Virus record (IMG/VR): IMGVR_UViG_3300032322_001011
Coordinates: 20,696-84,695 of that record
Origin: a virus
Strand: one strand, 5' to 3'
Length of the DNA stretch: 64,000 nt
The notes under the pieces are model-generated. The model was not told the origin of the DNA, did not search any database, and worked only from the letters and a program-made list of their open reading frames with translations. This document shows, piece by piece, positions 1-7,297 of this stretch (its first letter is position 1; every line of letters begins with the position of its first letter). A program made the translations under genes and the position numbers.

Positions 1-225
1 GTAGTAAGTGAGCGCAGGAATAACTGGCAAACAAATACCACTCGTGTATAAATCATCAGCAATGTCAATTGCTGTGTTCACGTTTTCTTCTGAATCGCTA
101 TGTACGCAAGTACCAACGATGTATACGTGCGGCAAAAGGATGTGAGCAAGCGTTCTCATAAACTCTTTGTTTACTCCCTCTGCCATGATGTCCTCTGAGT
201 AATTCCTCAGATGGAAGTCAGCCAC
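1..225 (-). CDS. Partial CDS running off the window, possibly nucleoside deoxyribosyltransferase-like (DUF4406-type); not in ORF track
   Basis: Manual translation from GTG at 225 is open to the edge: ...HVYIVGTC...ENVNTAIDIADDLYTSGICLPVIPALTY. Confidence 0.45.
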   Translation of the reverse strand, partial: MADFHLRNYSEDIMAEGVNKEFMRTLAHILLPHVYIVGTCVHSDSEENVNTAIDIADDLYTSGICLPVIPALTYY

Positions 226-301
226 TACGAATTCCTATTCATATTAGAACGAATAGCCATGTAGTAGCAAGCAAGTGCAAAAACAATGAATACTTTTGTC
301 A

Positions 302-523
302 TCACTTTTCCTGTAACCATTTCAGACCATTACGAAGATATACGGTGGCGTAGCAGAAGGCCATGAATATAAATCCGTATTGCTTGGTTTGAACAGCAAA
401 GATAATCCAAAGCAATTCATTGACTGAAAGAAAAAAGAATGCGTGAGCGTGTTTCTTTCCCACGTACCACATTCCCGTAACGCCAAAGATGGCAAGCACC
501 CATGACCATATTTGTCCACTCAT
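302..523 (-). CDS. Small membrane protein, PnuC-like fragment type
   Basis: Three hydrophobic segments, W-rich (WSWVLAIFGVTGMWYVGKK...NELLWIIFA...QYGFI); AGGAG RBS. Confidence 0.6.
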   Translation of the reverse strand: MSGQIWSWVLAIFGVTGMWYVGKKHAHAFFFLSVNELLWIIFAVQTKQYGFIFMAFCYATVYLRNGLKWLQEK

Positions 524-566
524 TGTGTACTCCTAATATCCGTATTAGGAATACCTTAGTACAGAT

Positions 567-806
567 TTACTTCTCTGTACTCCAATGGTGAACTGATTGG
601 ATTAGGACACCCAAGACATCATCAGCATTTTCGTCTTCATTGACCAACGACTGGCAATACGAGGAAGCGGTCTTGGCAACAGATTCTGCCATTTCCAACT
701 TCTTAGCCATTGCTTCAATCATCTGGCGAAGAGCCTGCTTGTCATCGTACGCACGAGCAAGCGATACTTGAAGGTCTTGAATTACTGCAAACTCAAATGA
801 CTCCAT
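567..806 (-). CDS. Hypothetical coiled-coil protein
   Basis: 79 aa ORF fitting the gene packing. Confidence 0.6.
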   Translation of the reverse strand: MESFEFAVIQDLQVSLARAYDDKQALRQMIEAMAKKLEMAESVAKTASSYCQSLVNEDENADDVLGVLIQSVHHWSTEK

Positions 807-858
807 AAAACCCCATTTCCTAGGTTATGTACAAGCGTACAACCTATGAATGGTCTTG

Positions 859-2295
859 TCAAGCCTCATCCGAAAGATCAAGGATGTCTGCGTACATACT
901 GTCAGCCTGGTTAGCATTCAAACCACCACCTGTAAGTTGCCTGGTGGCTTCGCCTACTTGAGCGCCAAAGATACGACTAAGTACCCCTGCACCGCCACGT
1001 GCTTCAACCTCAAGACGCATGACATCACGAGTATCTGAAATGTCTTTGAACTTCTCAACTAAAGCGAACAACCGCTCAACCTCATCGGACAATGCTGGGT
1101 CAAGACCTTGACCTTCCAGTTCTTCGGCAAAGCGAGCGAACAACACTCGGCTCATTTGCATCTCCAATAATGCCCTCATCGCAGCCTGTAACTGATCTTT
1201 AGTTTTGATCTCTACGGGCAACTTGAATCCACAATCAGAATTCTCCTTGAATGCAGGACAACGGCTGGACAAATAACAATGATTGCACTGCCTCAAAAGG
1301 TTACTTTGATACTGCAAAACAGGTGTTGAAAAAGCCTCAGAATTGCCCTCATCCTCAAGTTCTGTAAGGTTTTCAGCAATTTGTGGTGTGATGTTCTGGA
1401 TACCGATAACTGGTAACAATACTTTTTCGTCTTCGTGCCGCTTGTCAGCACCCCTAATCATAATACTTGTACCCCCAGAAGCCACATTTTGGACATTACC
1501 AATATTTTGCAAATCATTAGGATTTGTACTATTTTCCGATAGACCTATTTCTTGTTCGTCATCGTCATTTGCAGGGTCATAGACCCCAAAAGCACCCTGC
1601 TCCCACGCTTGCCAAGACTTGATTGCCAACTTTGCAACCTCAGCATTATCGTCTTGGACTATCTGTTCATAGTCAATTCCTAACCGAATAATGTCGGCTC
1701 GGTGCTTCTTTCGGGCAGAATCTTTCTGCTGTGCTGGGTATCGGCGTAGACCGTGACCATCCCATACCTGAGTTTCCCCGTAACGCACAGCCGATGTCCA
1801 CGACCCCACGACTACTGAATCCCAAGGTAGTGATTCAATGACATCTGGTTTAGATGACAACCCCACTAACTTGGCATCCCACCTCTGAATGAGGTTACGA
1901 ATACGGGAAATGTTTTTACCGTTTACAGCCTTATCGCTGACTGCGGCCCTGCCATGACGTTGGCATAAATACGCCAAACGCTCTAAATCGTCACCATCAT
2001 TCCATAAAGGAATATACCGTTCGTTTAGCCATGCCCCATCATAATCAGGGCGACCAATGACCATTGCAATGTTTTCGTAGTGCTGACGTAGGAAATCATC
2101 GTAACGAGTGACATCTTCGTCACTTTCTGAAGTATACAAAACGACCTCACCGCCATTGCACATTACAGATAAATCTAGTTCTTTTTTCTTAGGCACAGCC
2201 AAATGGGTGAGGTTTATGGCGTATCTGGTTACCCCAGAAGCGGACAGCAAAGATCGGTGAGAGGACTTTTCGGCATTAGCAAAATAGATTTTCAC
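859..2295 (-). CDS. Degenerate tRNA-guanine transglycosylase (TGT/DpdA)-like barrel fused to a Cys4 domain and helical C-terminus
   Basis: MKIYFA start; YIPLWNDG, KLVGLS and PWDSVVVGSW...RYG recall phage TGT-like motifs; C-terminal CNHCYLSSRCPAFKENSDC. Confidence 0.5.
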   Translation of the reverse strand: MKIYFANAEKSSHRSLLSASGVTRYAINLTHLAVPKKKELDLSVMCNGGEVVLYTSESDEDVTRYDDFLRQHYENIAMVIGRPDYDGAWLNERYIPLWNDGDDLERLAYLCQRHGRAAVSDKAVNGKNISRIRNLIQRWDAKLVGLSSKPDVIESLPWDSVVVGSWTSAVRYGETQVWDGHGLRRYPAQQKDSARKKHRADIIRLGIDYEQIVQDDNAEVAKLAIKSWQAWEQGAFGVYDPANDDDEQEIGLSENSTNPNDLQNIGNVQNVASGGTSIMIRGADKRHEDEKVLLPVIGIQNITPQIAENLTELEDEGNSEAFSTPVLQYQSNLLRQCNHCYLSSRCPAFKENSDCGFKLPVEIKTKDQLQAAMRALLEMQMSRVLFARFAEELEGQGLDPALSDEVERLFALVEKFKDISDTRDVMRLEVEARGGAGVLSRIFGAQVGEATRQLTGGGLNANQADSMYADILDLSDEA

Positions 2296-2774
2296 TCGTC
2301 ACCTCCATTAGTGCGGTACAACGACTGTACTTCAAGTTCACGAGTCAGGTCTGTCCAGACCTTTCTTTCCCTAGGCTTATCATTTCGCCATTCTGGGCGT
2401 ACAAAGTTGGGCAAGCACATCAAAAGACAAGGAATAGCATCCTGCATCACCAAAGTCACAGTTTCAGGATTGGTGTCTACAAACCAGTCAATTTTTCCGT
2501 ATACGGCGTTCAAATCTCGTACACGGTCACGCACATCTGAAGGTTTTCCAGACTTGGCTACCTCAACAGTGGCAAATTTATAACCTTCACGTTTTGCCCA
2601 CTCTGTCAAAATCTCAGCGCCAACATCAGTACCCAAAATAATAAGCCTGCCGTTGTACCGTGCAAATAGCGCTTCGTACAGTTTTTGACCATCGGGAATA
2701 GGTTGTCTTGCACCAGGGGAGAACGCTTTGTCAGTATTTGCATACGCTAATACATCAAAAGTAACAACAAGCAT
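2292..2774 (-). CDS. HAD-fold-like protein (degenerate)
   Basis: N-terminal VVTFDVLA, IIILGT and WFVDTNP resemble HAD motifs I, II and IV. Confidence 0.45.
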   Translation of the reverse strand: MLVVTFDVLAYANTDKAFSPGARQPIPDGQKLYEALFARYNGRLIILGTDVGAEILTEWAKREGYKFATVEVAKSGKPSDVRDRVRDLNAVYGKIDWFVDTNPETVTLVMQDAIPCLLMCLPNFVRPEWRNDKPRERKVWTDLTRELEVQSLYRTNGGDE

Positions 2775-3232
2775 CAGTCGTACATGCCCATCGCTTTACG
2801 TTCTTTGGTTGCTACGTAACCTGAACCTACTGGGCAGAAATGGCATAGATATTGCCATTGTTCTTTTGGAACACCAGTCTTGCGACCAATCGTCTTAGAT
2901 TCATCTTCCCAGTCAATACAACTACCTTTAGGAGCACCGTGGCGTTGGAAGCATTTGAGGGCTTCTACTTTGAGGTCATCACGAACTTCACGAACCTCAA
3001 TCTCATTCTTCATCAATTCTTTTTTGATCCCTGTCTCACCGTCAAGGGCATCATATGTTGCTTGGTCACAACGGAAGATTTGAGACAAGTGTGCTTCAGG
3101 GGAAGGGTTTTGAGCACGAGCAAGATGCATCTTGATAATTTCTTGCAACTCCATGTCATTATCTGCGTTACCGTCATAATCACGCATTTTGTGCATTGTT
3201 CCACAAGAATTGCAAACTAGAAGTCTTGGCAT
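2774..3232 (-). CDS. Hypothetical Cys/His zinc-binding protein
   Basis: CNSC, CFQRH...C and CHFC motifs. Confidence 0.7.
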   Translation of the reverse strand: MPRLLVCNSCGTMHKMRDYDGNADNDMELQEIIKMHLARAQNPSPEAHLSQIFRCDQATYDALDGETGIKKELMKNEIEVREVRDDLKVEALKCFQRHGAPKGSCIDWEDESKTIGRKTGVPKEQWQYLCHFCPVGSGYVATKERKAMGMYD

Positions 3233-3256
3233 GTTGTACTACTTTCTATGAACTTG

Positions 3257-3691
3257 TTATTTAGTTGATGCTTTTAGTTGCCAACTCCACTTTGCATGCA
3301 TATCGATCCGATCAGCAAGGAAGTTGGCAATTCCTTGTTGATCTTCTTTTACTGCCAAATCAAATGCTACCTTGACTGACTTGGCAACTTCATCGTTGAT
3401 ACGCAGTAACTCTTTAGCCATTGCTTTAGGGTCTGGCTTTACTTCCTTGGATTCTACCGTACGGCTGTCCAAGAAGGTTTTGAGGCTAAACGGGGCGTAA
3501 ACATCCAACTTGCGAAGGTTTTCAGCAAGAGGATCAATGCTCCCATAAACATCGCTGTAAATCTCTTCAAACAAAGCGTGATACTGGCTAAAGTCTGAAC
3601 CTTCTACGTTCCAGTGGTATCCGTGCGCTACGAAGTACTCCGTAACTACATCGGACATCAATGTTTTGAGAGAATCAGCAAGTTTAGCCAT
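3257..3691 (-). CDS. dps: Dps family DNA-protection/ferritin-like protein
   Basis: HGYHWNVEG..F..YHALFEEIY...IDPLAENLRKL and HAKWSWQL Dps signature; start MAKLAD overlaps the upstream stop. Confidence 0.93.
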   Translation of the reverse strand: MAKLADSLKTLMSDVVTEYFVAHGYHWNVEGSDFSQYHALFEEIYSDVYGSIDPLAENLRKLDVYAPFSLKTFLDSRTVESKEVKPDPKAMAKELLRINDEVAKSVKVAFDLAVKEDQQGIANFLADRIDMHAKWSWQLKASTK

Positions 3692-3972
3692 TAGCAATCC
3701 CACGCTCTAAGTGATTTATTGATACGACTATCAGGGTCATTAGCGGTTTTGGATGAAGTGTTTTTCTTCTTCATACCTTCCATACGGGCGCAAAAAGAAT
3801 CACGGCGAGCAGCAGACTTCTTAGATTTAGCGGCCTGCTCTTTTTTAACAGGAGGCTTGAGGTCAGAACCAGGGTTTGCTCTTTCGTAGGACTTACGACC
3901 TTTTTCGTTGAGTCCACCCTTTTCGTTCTTGCCCTCTTTGCGTTGCCACGCTTCTGATTTTTTAGTTGCCAT
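3691..3972 (-). CDS. Basic phage protein (DUF6321-like)
   Basis: AWQRKEGKNEKGGLNEKGR...RRDSFCARMEG...SRINKSLRAWDC. Confidence 0.75.
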   Translation of the reverse strand: MATKKSEAWQRKEGKNEKGGLNEKGRKSYERANPGSDLKPPVKKEQAAKSKKSAARRDSFCARMEGMKKKNTSSKTANDPDSRINKSLRAWDC

Positions 3973-4136
3973 TACTTTTTACCTTTTTTACTGACAGCCA
4001 TATTGTCAACTAAGTTTGGGTAGGGGCGACCAGCAGCCTTAGCACGAGCCTTTGCCTCTGATTTTTGTTCAGGGGACAATTTAGTTGATTTCTTTTTAGG
4101 ATTTGGTTTATCCCAAACGTCTTTTTTAGAAGCCAT
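3972..4136 (-). CDS. 54 aa Lys-rich protein (not in ORF track)
   Basis: MASKKDVWDKPNPKKKSTKLSPEQKSEAKARAKAAGRPYPNLVDNMAVSKKGKK; TAATG overlaps at both ends. Confidence 0.8.
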   Translation of the reverse strand: MASKKDVWDKPNPKKKSTKLSPEQKSEAKARAKAAGRPYPNLVDNMAVSKKGKK

Positions 4137-4189
4137 TATTTCTTCTTCTTTTTGTCCTTACAAGAACAACCACATGATTTGCAAGCCAT
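4136..4189 (-). CDS. 17 aa Cys/Lys micropeptide MACKSCGCSCKDKKKKK (not in ORF track)
   Basis: Exactly fills the gap; its stop overlaps the next ATG (TAATG). Confidence 0.6.
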   Translation of the reverse strand: MACKSCGCSCKDKKKKK

Positions 4190-4191
4190 AG

Positions 4192-4296
4192 TTATTTCTT
4201 CTTCTTCTTAACGGCTTTTTTAGCGGCTTTCTTTTTGCCCTTGCCATAACCTGGTGCTTTTTTATCTGTCATCATGCAACCACATTCTGCACACAT
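4192..4296 (-). CDS. 34 aa Cys/Lys micropeptide MCAECGCMMTDKKAPGYGKGKKKAAKKAVKKKKK (not in ORF track)
   Basis: Tightly packed between neighbours; CxxCGC head plus histone-H1-like tail. Confidence 0.7.
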   Translation of the reverse strand: MCAECGCMMTDKKAPGYGKGKKKAAKKAVKKKKK

Positions 4297-4297
4297 A

Positions 4298-4477
4298 TTA
4301 CTTACCTGCCTTTTTCTTGGTTTGCTTTTTGGATTGACCTGCTTCAGACAATGCTATCGCAATTGCCTGCTTCTTGGAAGTAACCGTAGGGCCTTCTTTA
4401 GAACCTGAATGAAGATCGCCTTTGGCATATTCTTTCATTACTTTGGCAACCTTCTTTGCACTTTTTTTATCACTCAT
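4298..4477 (-). CDS. 59 aa basic protein, DUF6496-like (not in ORF track)
   Basis: KVAKVMKEYAKGDLHSGSKEGPTVTSKKQAIAIALSEAG matches the recalled DUF6496 pattern. Confidence 0.8.
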   Translation of the reverse strand: MSDKKSAKKVAKVMKEYAKGDLHSGSKEGPTVTSKKQAIAIALSEAGQSKKQTKKKAGK

Positions 4478-4790
4478 TATCAGTGTCCTTAAATGCTTGA
4501 CCTAATGTGTAATGAAAATCTGGATTCATTGCTAAATCCCACCGAACAGTATCATAGTCTACAGTCTTTGTTTGCTTTGGAATATGACCAAAACCAGAAC
4601 CCAATTCGTGAATTGTGGAATCTGGAAATCCCTTCAAAAGATCAAAAGTCTTTTGATGAAACAGTCTTTCATCAATTTGTCTTTTAGCATCACCAAACAA
4701 CCCTTGACCAGCAGGGTGAAACTGGCGTTGATTTAGTTGCCGTTCAGCCTTCTTCTTGCGGAAATCCGCCATGTCAACGATGTCACCCAC
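4470..4790 (-). CDS. Hypothetical protein
   Basis: 106 aa ORF; N-terminal IVDMADFRKKK and QLNQRQF motifs. Confidence 0.7.
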   Translation of the reverse strand: MGDIVDMADFRKKKAERQLNQRQFHPAGQGLFGDAKRQIDERLFHQKTFDLLKGFPDSTIHELGSGFGHIPKQTKTVDYDTVRWDLAMNPDFHYTLGQAFKDTDNE

Positions 4791-4800
4791 ATTACAACCT

Positions 4801-5001
4801 TTATAGGCTAATTACTGGCTCAGTTGCCTCAGCAAGTGGGCTACGAGGGGTAACCCCGTATTGAGGTTGGAGAACCATATTGCGCTTGGTTACATACTCC
4901 ATCTCAACAGCACCACCACGGCCTGGGGTAAGCGATTTATATGTTCCATCCATGATTCCTTTACGGAGATCATCGTTGGCAGAGCGTTCCATGTTTTGCA
5001 T
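4801..5001 (-). CDS. Hypothetical protein
   Basis: 66 aa ORF, AGGA upstream. Confidence 0.6.
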   Translation of the reverse strand: MQNMERSANDDLRKGIMDGTYKSLTPGRGGAVEMEYVTKRNMVLQPQYGVTPRSPLAEATEPVISL

Positions 5002-5015
5002 AAAGATCCTTTTAC

Positions 5016-5897
5016 TCAGTAGATATTAATTCTATCAAAATCAGCACCTTGTGCTGAAGCACCACCAGATTGTGCGTTTCCACCACGCATTCCACCAATT
5101 GAAATAAATGGGTTGCCTGGAGAACCAGAAGTACCTGTTGAAGCACCACCATTTTTGGGGGCGTAAATTTGTGGAGCGTTGTTTACGTTTGCGCTGGTGT
5201 TTGTATTGGTGGCAGCAGGTGGTTGCATCGCAGGCGTAGATTGTGCAGCAGTTTTAGGTTGACGTGGTTGACGAACCCTACCACCAGCAACACCTTGCGT
5301 TTGAATACGCTGTTGTTGATCTGGGGTTCCATTCTTTGAAATGTCCGTAGCAAGAGCACGGCGAGCACGAGCAGTAGCGTTTCTACGATCCCTTTGCTCT
5401 TGGGTTAACTGTGGGCGTTGCCTGGGAGTTTGTCCTGCTGGATTTTGCCCTACTGGTTGCTGACCTGTTGGTTGTTGAAATTGAACTCCAGCAGATCCTC
5501 CACCAAAATCACCACGCCCAAGGTTTTCTTGGCTACCAAAAGTTGCTCGTTGGTCAAGGTTGAACGTATATGTAGTTGTTGGGCTTTGTGGACCTTGCTG
5601 TTGCTGTTGCTGTTGCTGTTGTTTTCTTCCACGACCCCAGAAACCACGACCACCACTACGACCAGCACGATAGTTGTAAAAGTTATTTCGGTTTGCAGGA
5701 TTCATCATCCATGCGTTCATACCTTGTGCAAGCATGCTGTCTTGTTGTGGTGGGCCAGAAGTTGCACCCCAATTACGTTGCATAGAACCAGCACCAGCGT
5801 TGTATGGTTGTGGGGCTGCAAAGTTTCCACCTTGAATCTGCCCAGTTGGGGCAGACATATTCTGTTGAGGGACACCACCGAAAGGGTTATTAGCCAT
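5016..5897 (-). CDS. Low-complexity G/Q/N/P-rich, probably disordered protein with RGG and poly-Q
   Basis: RAGRSGGRGFWGRGRK followed by Q9; few hydrophobic residues. Confidence 0.75.
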   Translation of the reverse strand: MANNPFGGVPQQNMSAPTGQIQGGNFAAPQPYNAGAGSMQRNWGATSGPPQQDSMLAQGMNAWMMNPANRNNFYNYRAGRSGGRGFWGRGRKQQQQQQQQQGPQSPTTTYTFNLDQRATFGSQENLGRGDFGGGSAGVQFQQPTGQQPVGQNPAGQTPRQRPQLTQEQRDRRNATARARRALATDISKNGTPDQQQRIQTQGVAGGRVRQPRQPKTAAQSTPAMQPPAATNTNTSANVNNAPQIYAPKNGGASTGTSGSPGNPFISIGGMRGGNAQSGGASAQGADFDRINIY

Positions 5898-5903
5898 GTC
5901 TAA

Positions 5904-6227
5904 TTATACCCAAAGACTTTGCATTGAGTATCGCCCAGAACCACTGAACTTATCATCGTTCATTTGTGCTCTCTGGAACATCACAGGAGCACCTGAAACC
6001 CATGAACGGTATTGGGGTGTCCAACGATCCACTGACAAAATGTCCACAATCCCAAGTTCCTGCTTTAAAAACCCACGTGATTGTGGAAATGCTTGCTGTG
6101 GGACAACAGGGCGAGTAGCACGAATAGTTTCTGGGTCAGAAATAGCAGACTGCAAAGCAATATCGGTAAGCAACTCTTCACGAGACTGCCACGGGCGTGT
6201 GCTTCTGTGGTTATCTACAGTAGGCAT
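5904..6227 (-). CDS. Hypothetical protein
   Basis: 107 aa ORF coupled to the upstream stop (TAATG). Confidence 0.7.
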   Translation of the reverse strand: MPTVDNHRSTRPWQSREELLTDIALQSAISDPETIRATRPVVPQQAFPQSRGFLKQELGIVDILSVDRWTPQYRSWVSGAPVMFQRAQMNDDKFSGSGRYSMQSLWV

Positions 6228-6493
6228 TAGTGCTCTGGTGGGTAAAAGTTAGGGTCATAACTTGACCAATTTTCAGGTGCTTCAGGATGGTATTGTTCAT
6301 CATTTGATTTAGCAACACCATCGTTGCCGTAAGCATCCAAATACGCTTCAAACTCTTCATCATTTTGCGTATGTTTTCTAGCCTGACGTTCACGAGATTC
6401 CATTTGCATTTCTTTTATTTCGTTATGCATGTCCATAGCATCACGCCCAACTTGGCGACCCATGTGATGACGAGTGTCTTGTCCTCTAGGCAT
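6227..6493 (-). CDS. MPRG-leader family protein 1
   Basis: MPRGQDTRHHMGRQVG leader, acidic body; TAATG-coupled. Confidence 0.8.
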   Translation of the reverse strand: MPRGQDTRHHMGRQVGRDAMDMHNEIKEMQMESRERQARKHTQNDEEFEAYLDAYGNDGVAKSNDEQYHPEAPENWSSYDPNFYPPEH

Positions 6494-6801
6494 TATTTGA
6501 TTGGCTTTCCTCTAAATGATGGGTTATTGTTTTCATCCCATGAGAATAGCGGTTTCTTTTCAACTCTTCCAGTACCACCCTTGGCTTTATCAATCAAGTT
6601 GCGAGGAGCAATGTCAGACAGACGGGCTTCTTGACCTGTGTACTCAGGTGTGTTTGGATCATCCAAGTCAGGGTTTCCTGGAGGCCCAATCAATGCATCT
6701 TTAATGCGTGACATCATTGAAGGCTTTGCCTTTTTAGCACGATGTGCATCAAGACTTACGATGCGAGCACCGTGGTGTCGGGTGTCTTCACCTCTAGGCA
6801 T
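6493..6801 (-). CDS. MPRG-leader family protein 2
   Basis: MPRGEDTRHHGARIVS leader; TAATG-coupled. Confidence 0.8.
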   Translation of the reverse strand: MPRGEDTRHHGARIVSLDAHRAKKAKPSMMSRIKDALIGPPGNPDLDDPNTPEYTGQEARLSDIAPRNLIDKAKGGTGRVEKKPLFSWDENNNPSFRGKPIK

Positions 6802-7007
6802 TATTGATACCTACTTTCTGGTCCAAGCACTTTACCGACAAAAGAACGCTGAACAGAAGGTTCATCTAGTTCAGAAACATGTTCAGCAATATCTGCTGGG
6901 TTGATACTTCCCCACACTGCTGTTTGCTGTTGGATAATACGATCAAGAATGGCTTCTTTGTCAACCCTACGTTTCTCGTGATTACGAGTATCTTCACCTC
7001 TAGGCAT
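6801..7007 (-). CDS. MPRG-leader family protein 3
   Basis: MPRGEDTRNHEKRRVD leader; AAGGA RBS. Confidence 0.8.
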   Translation of the reverse strand: MPRGEDTRNHEKRRVDKEAILDRIIQQQTAVWGSINPADIAEHVSELDEPSVQRSFVGKVLGPESRYQ

Positions 7008-7018
7008 AAACTATTCCT

Positions 7019-7297
7019 TTATTGTGGTGTGTTTGACCACGTGTTTGTAATTGGGTCAATTAGGATGTTCCCAGTACCTTTTCGGCGTGGTGCTCCCTTA
7101 ACATCACCAGGATGCCCAATTTCACCTTCTGGTATTTGGTATGACGGGTGGTCACCGCTACCAGGACTTGTAAATTTGTCAGAACCTGATGTCTGGCGAT
7201 CAATAAAAGTAGGAAGTCTTTCTGAAGACCTCGCAGCAAACCCTGAACGGTCAACCCTGCGGTTAGGGTGGTTATTTGTGTTTTCTCCTCTAGGCAT
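7019..7297 (-). CDS. MPRG-leader family protein 4
   Basis: MPRGENTNNHPNRRVD leader; TAATG-coupled to the 764 aa gene. Confidence 0.8.
   Translation of the reverse strand: MPRGENTNNHPNRRVDRSGFAARSSERLPTFIDRQTSGSDKFTSPGSGDHPSYQIPEGEIGHPGDVKGAPRRKGTGNILIDPITNTWSNTPQ

Noticed and set aside
225-302. 25 aa ORF MTKVFIVFALACYYMAIRSNMNRNS filling the gap
   Set aside because: It fits the packing but is too short and featureless to support.
859-2295. Functional 7-deazaguanine DNA modification system
   Set aside because: Catalytic-type motifs appear eroded and no preQ0 synthesis genes are present in this window; the rest of the genome is unseen.
5595-5625. (TTGCTG)n microsatellite as a phase-variation locus
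   Set aside because: The hexamer unit keeps the frame and simply encodes poly-Gln.
6455-7297. MPRG leader DNA repeats as a CRISPR or integron-type array
   Set aside because: Repeats are in-frame coding starts with synonymous variation, 200-300 bp apart and non-palindromic; treated as a peptide motif instead.
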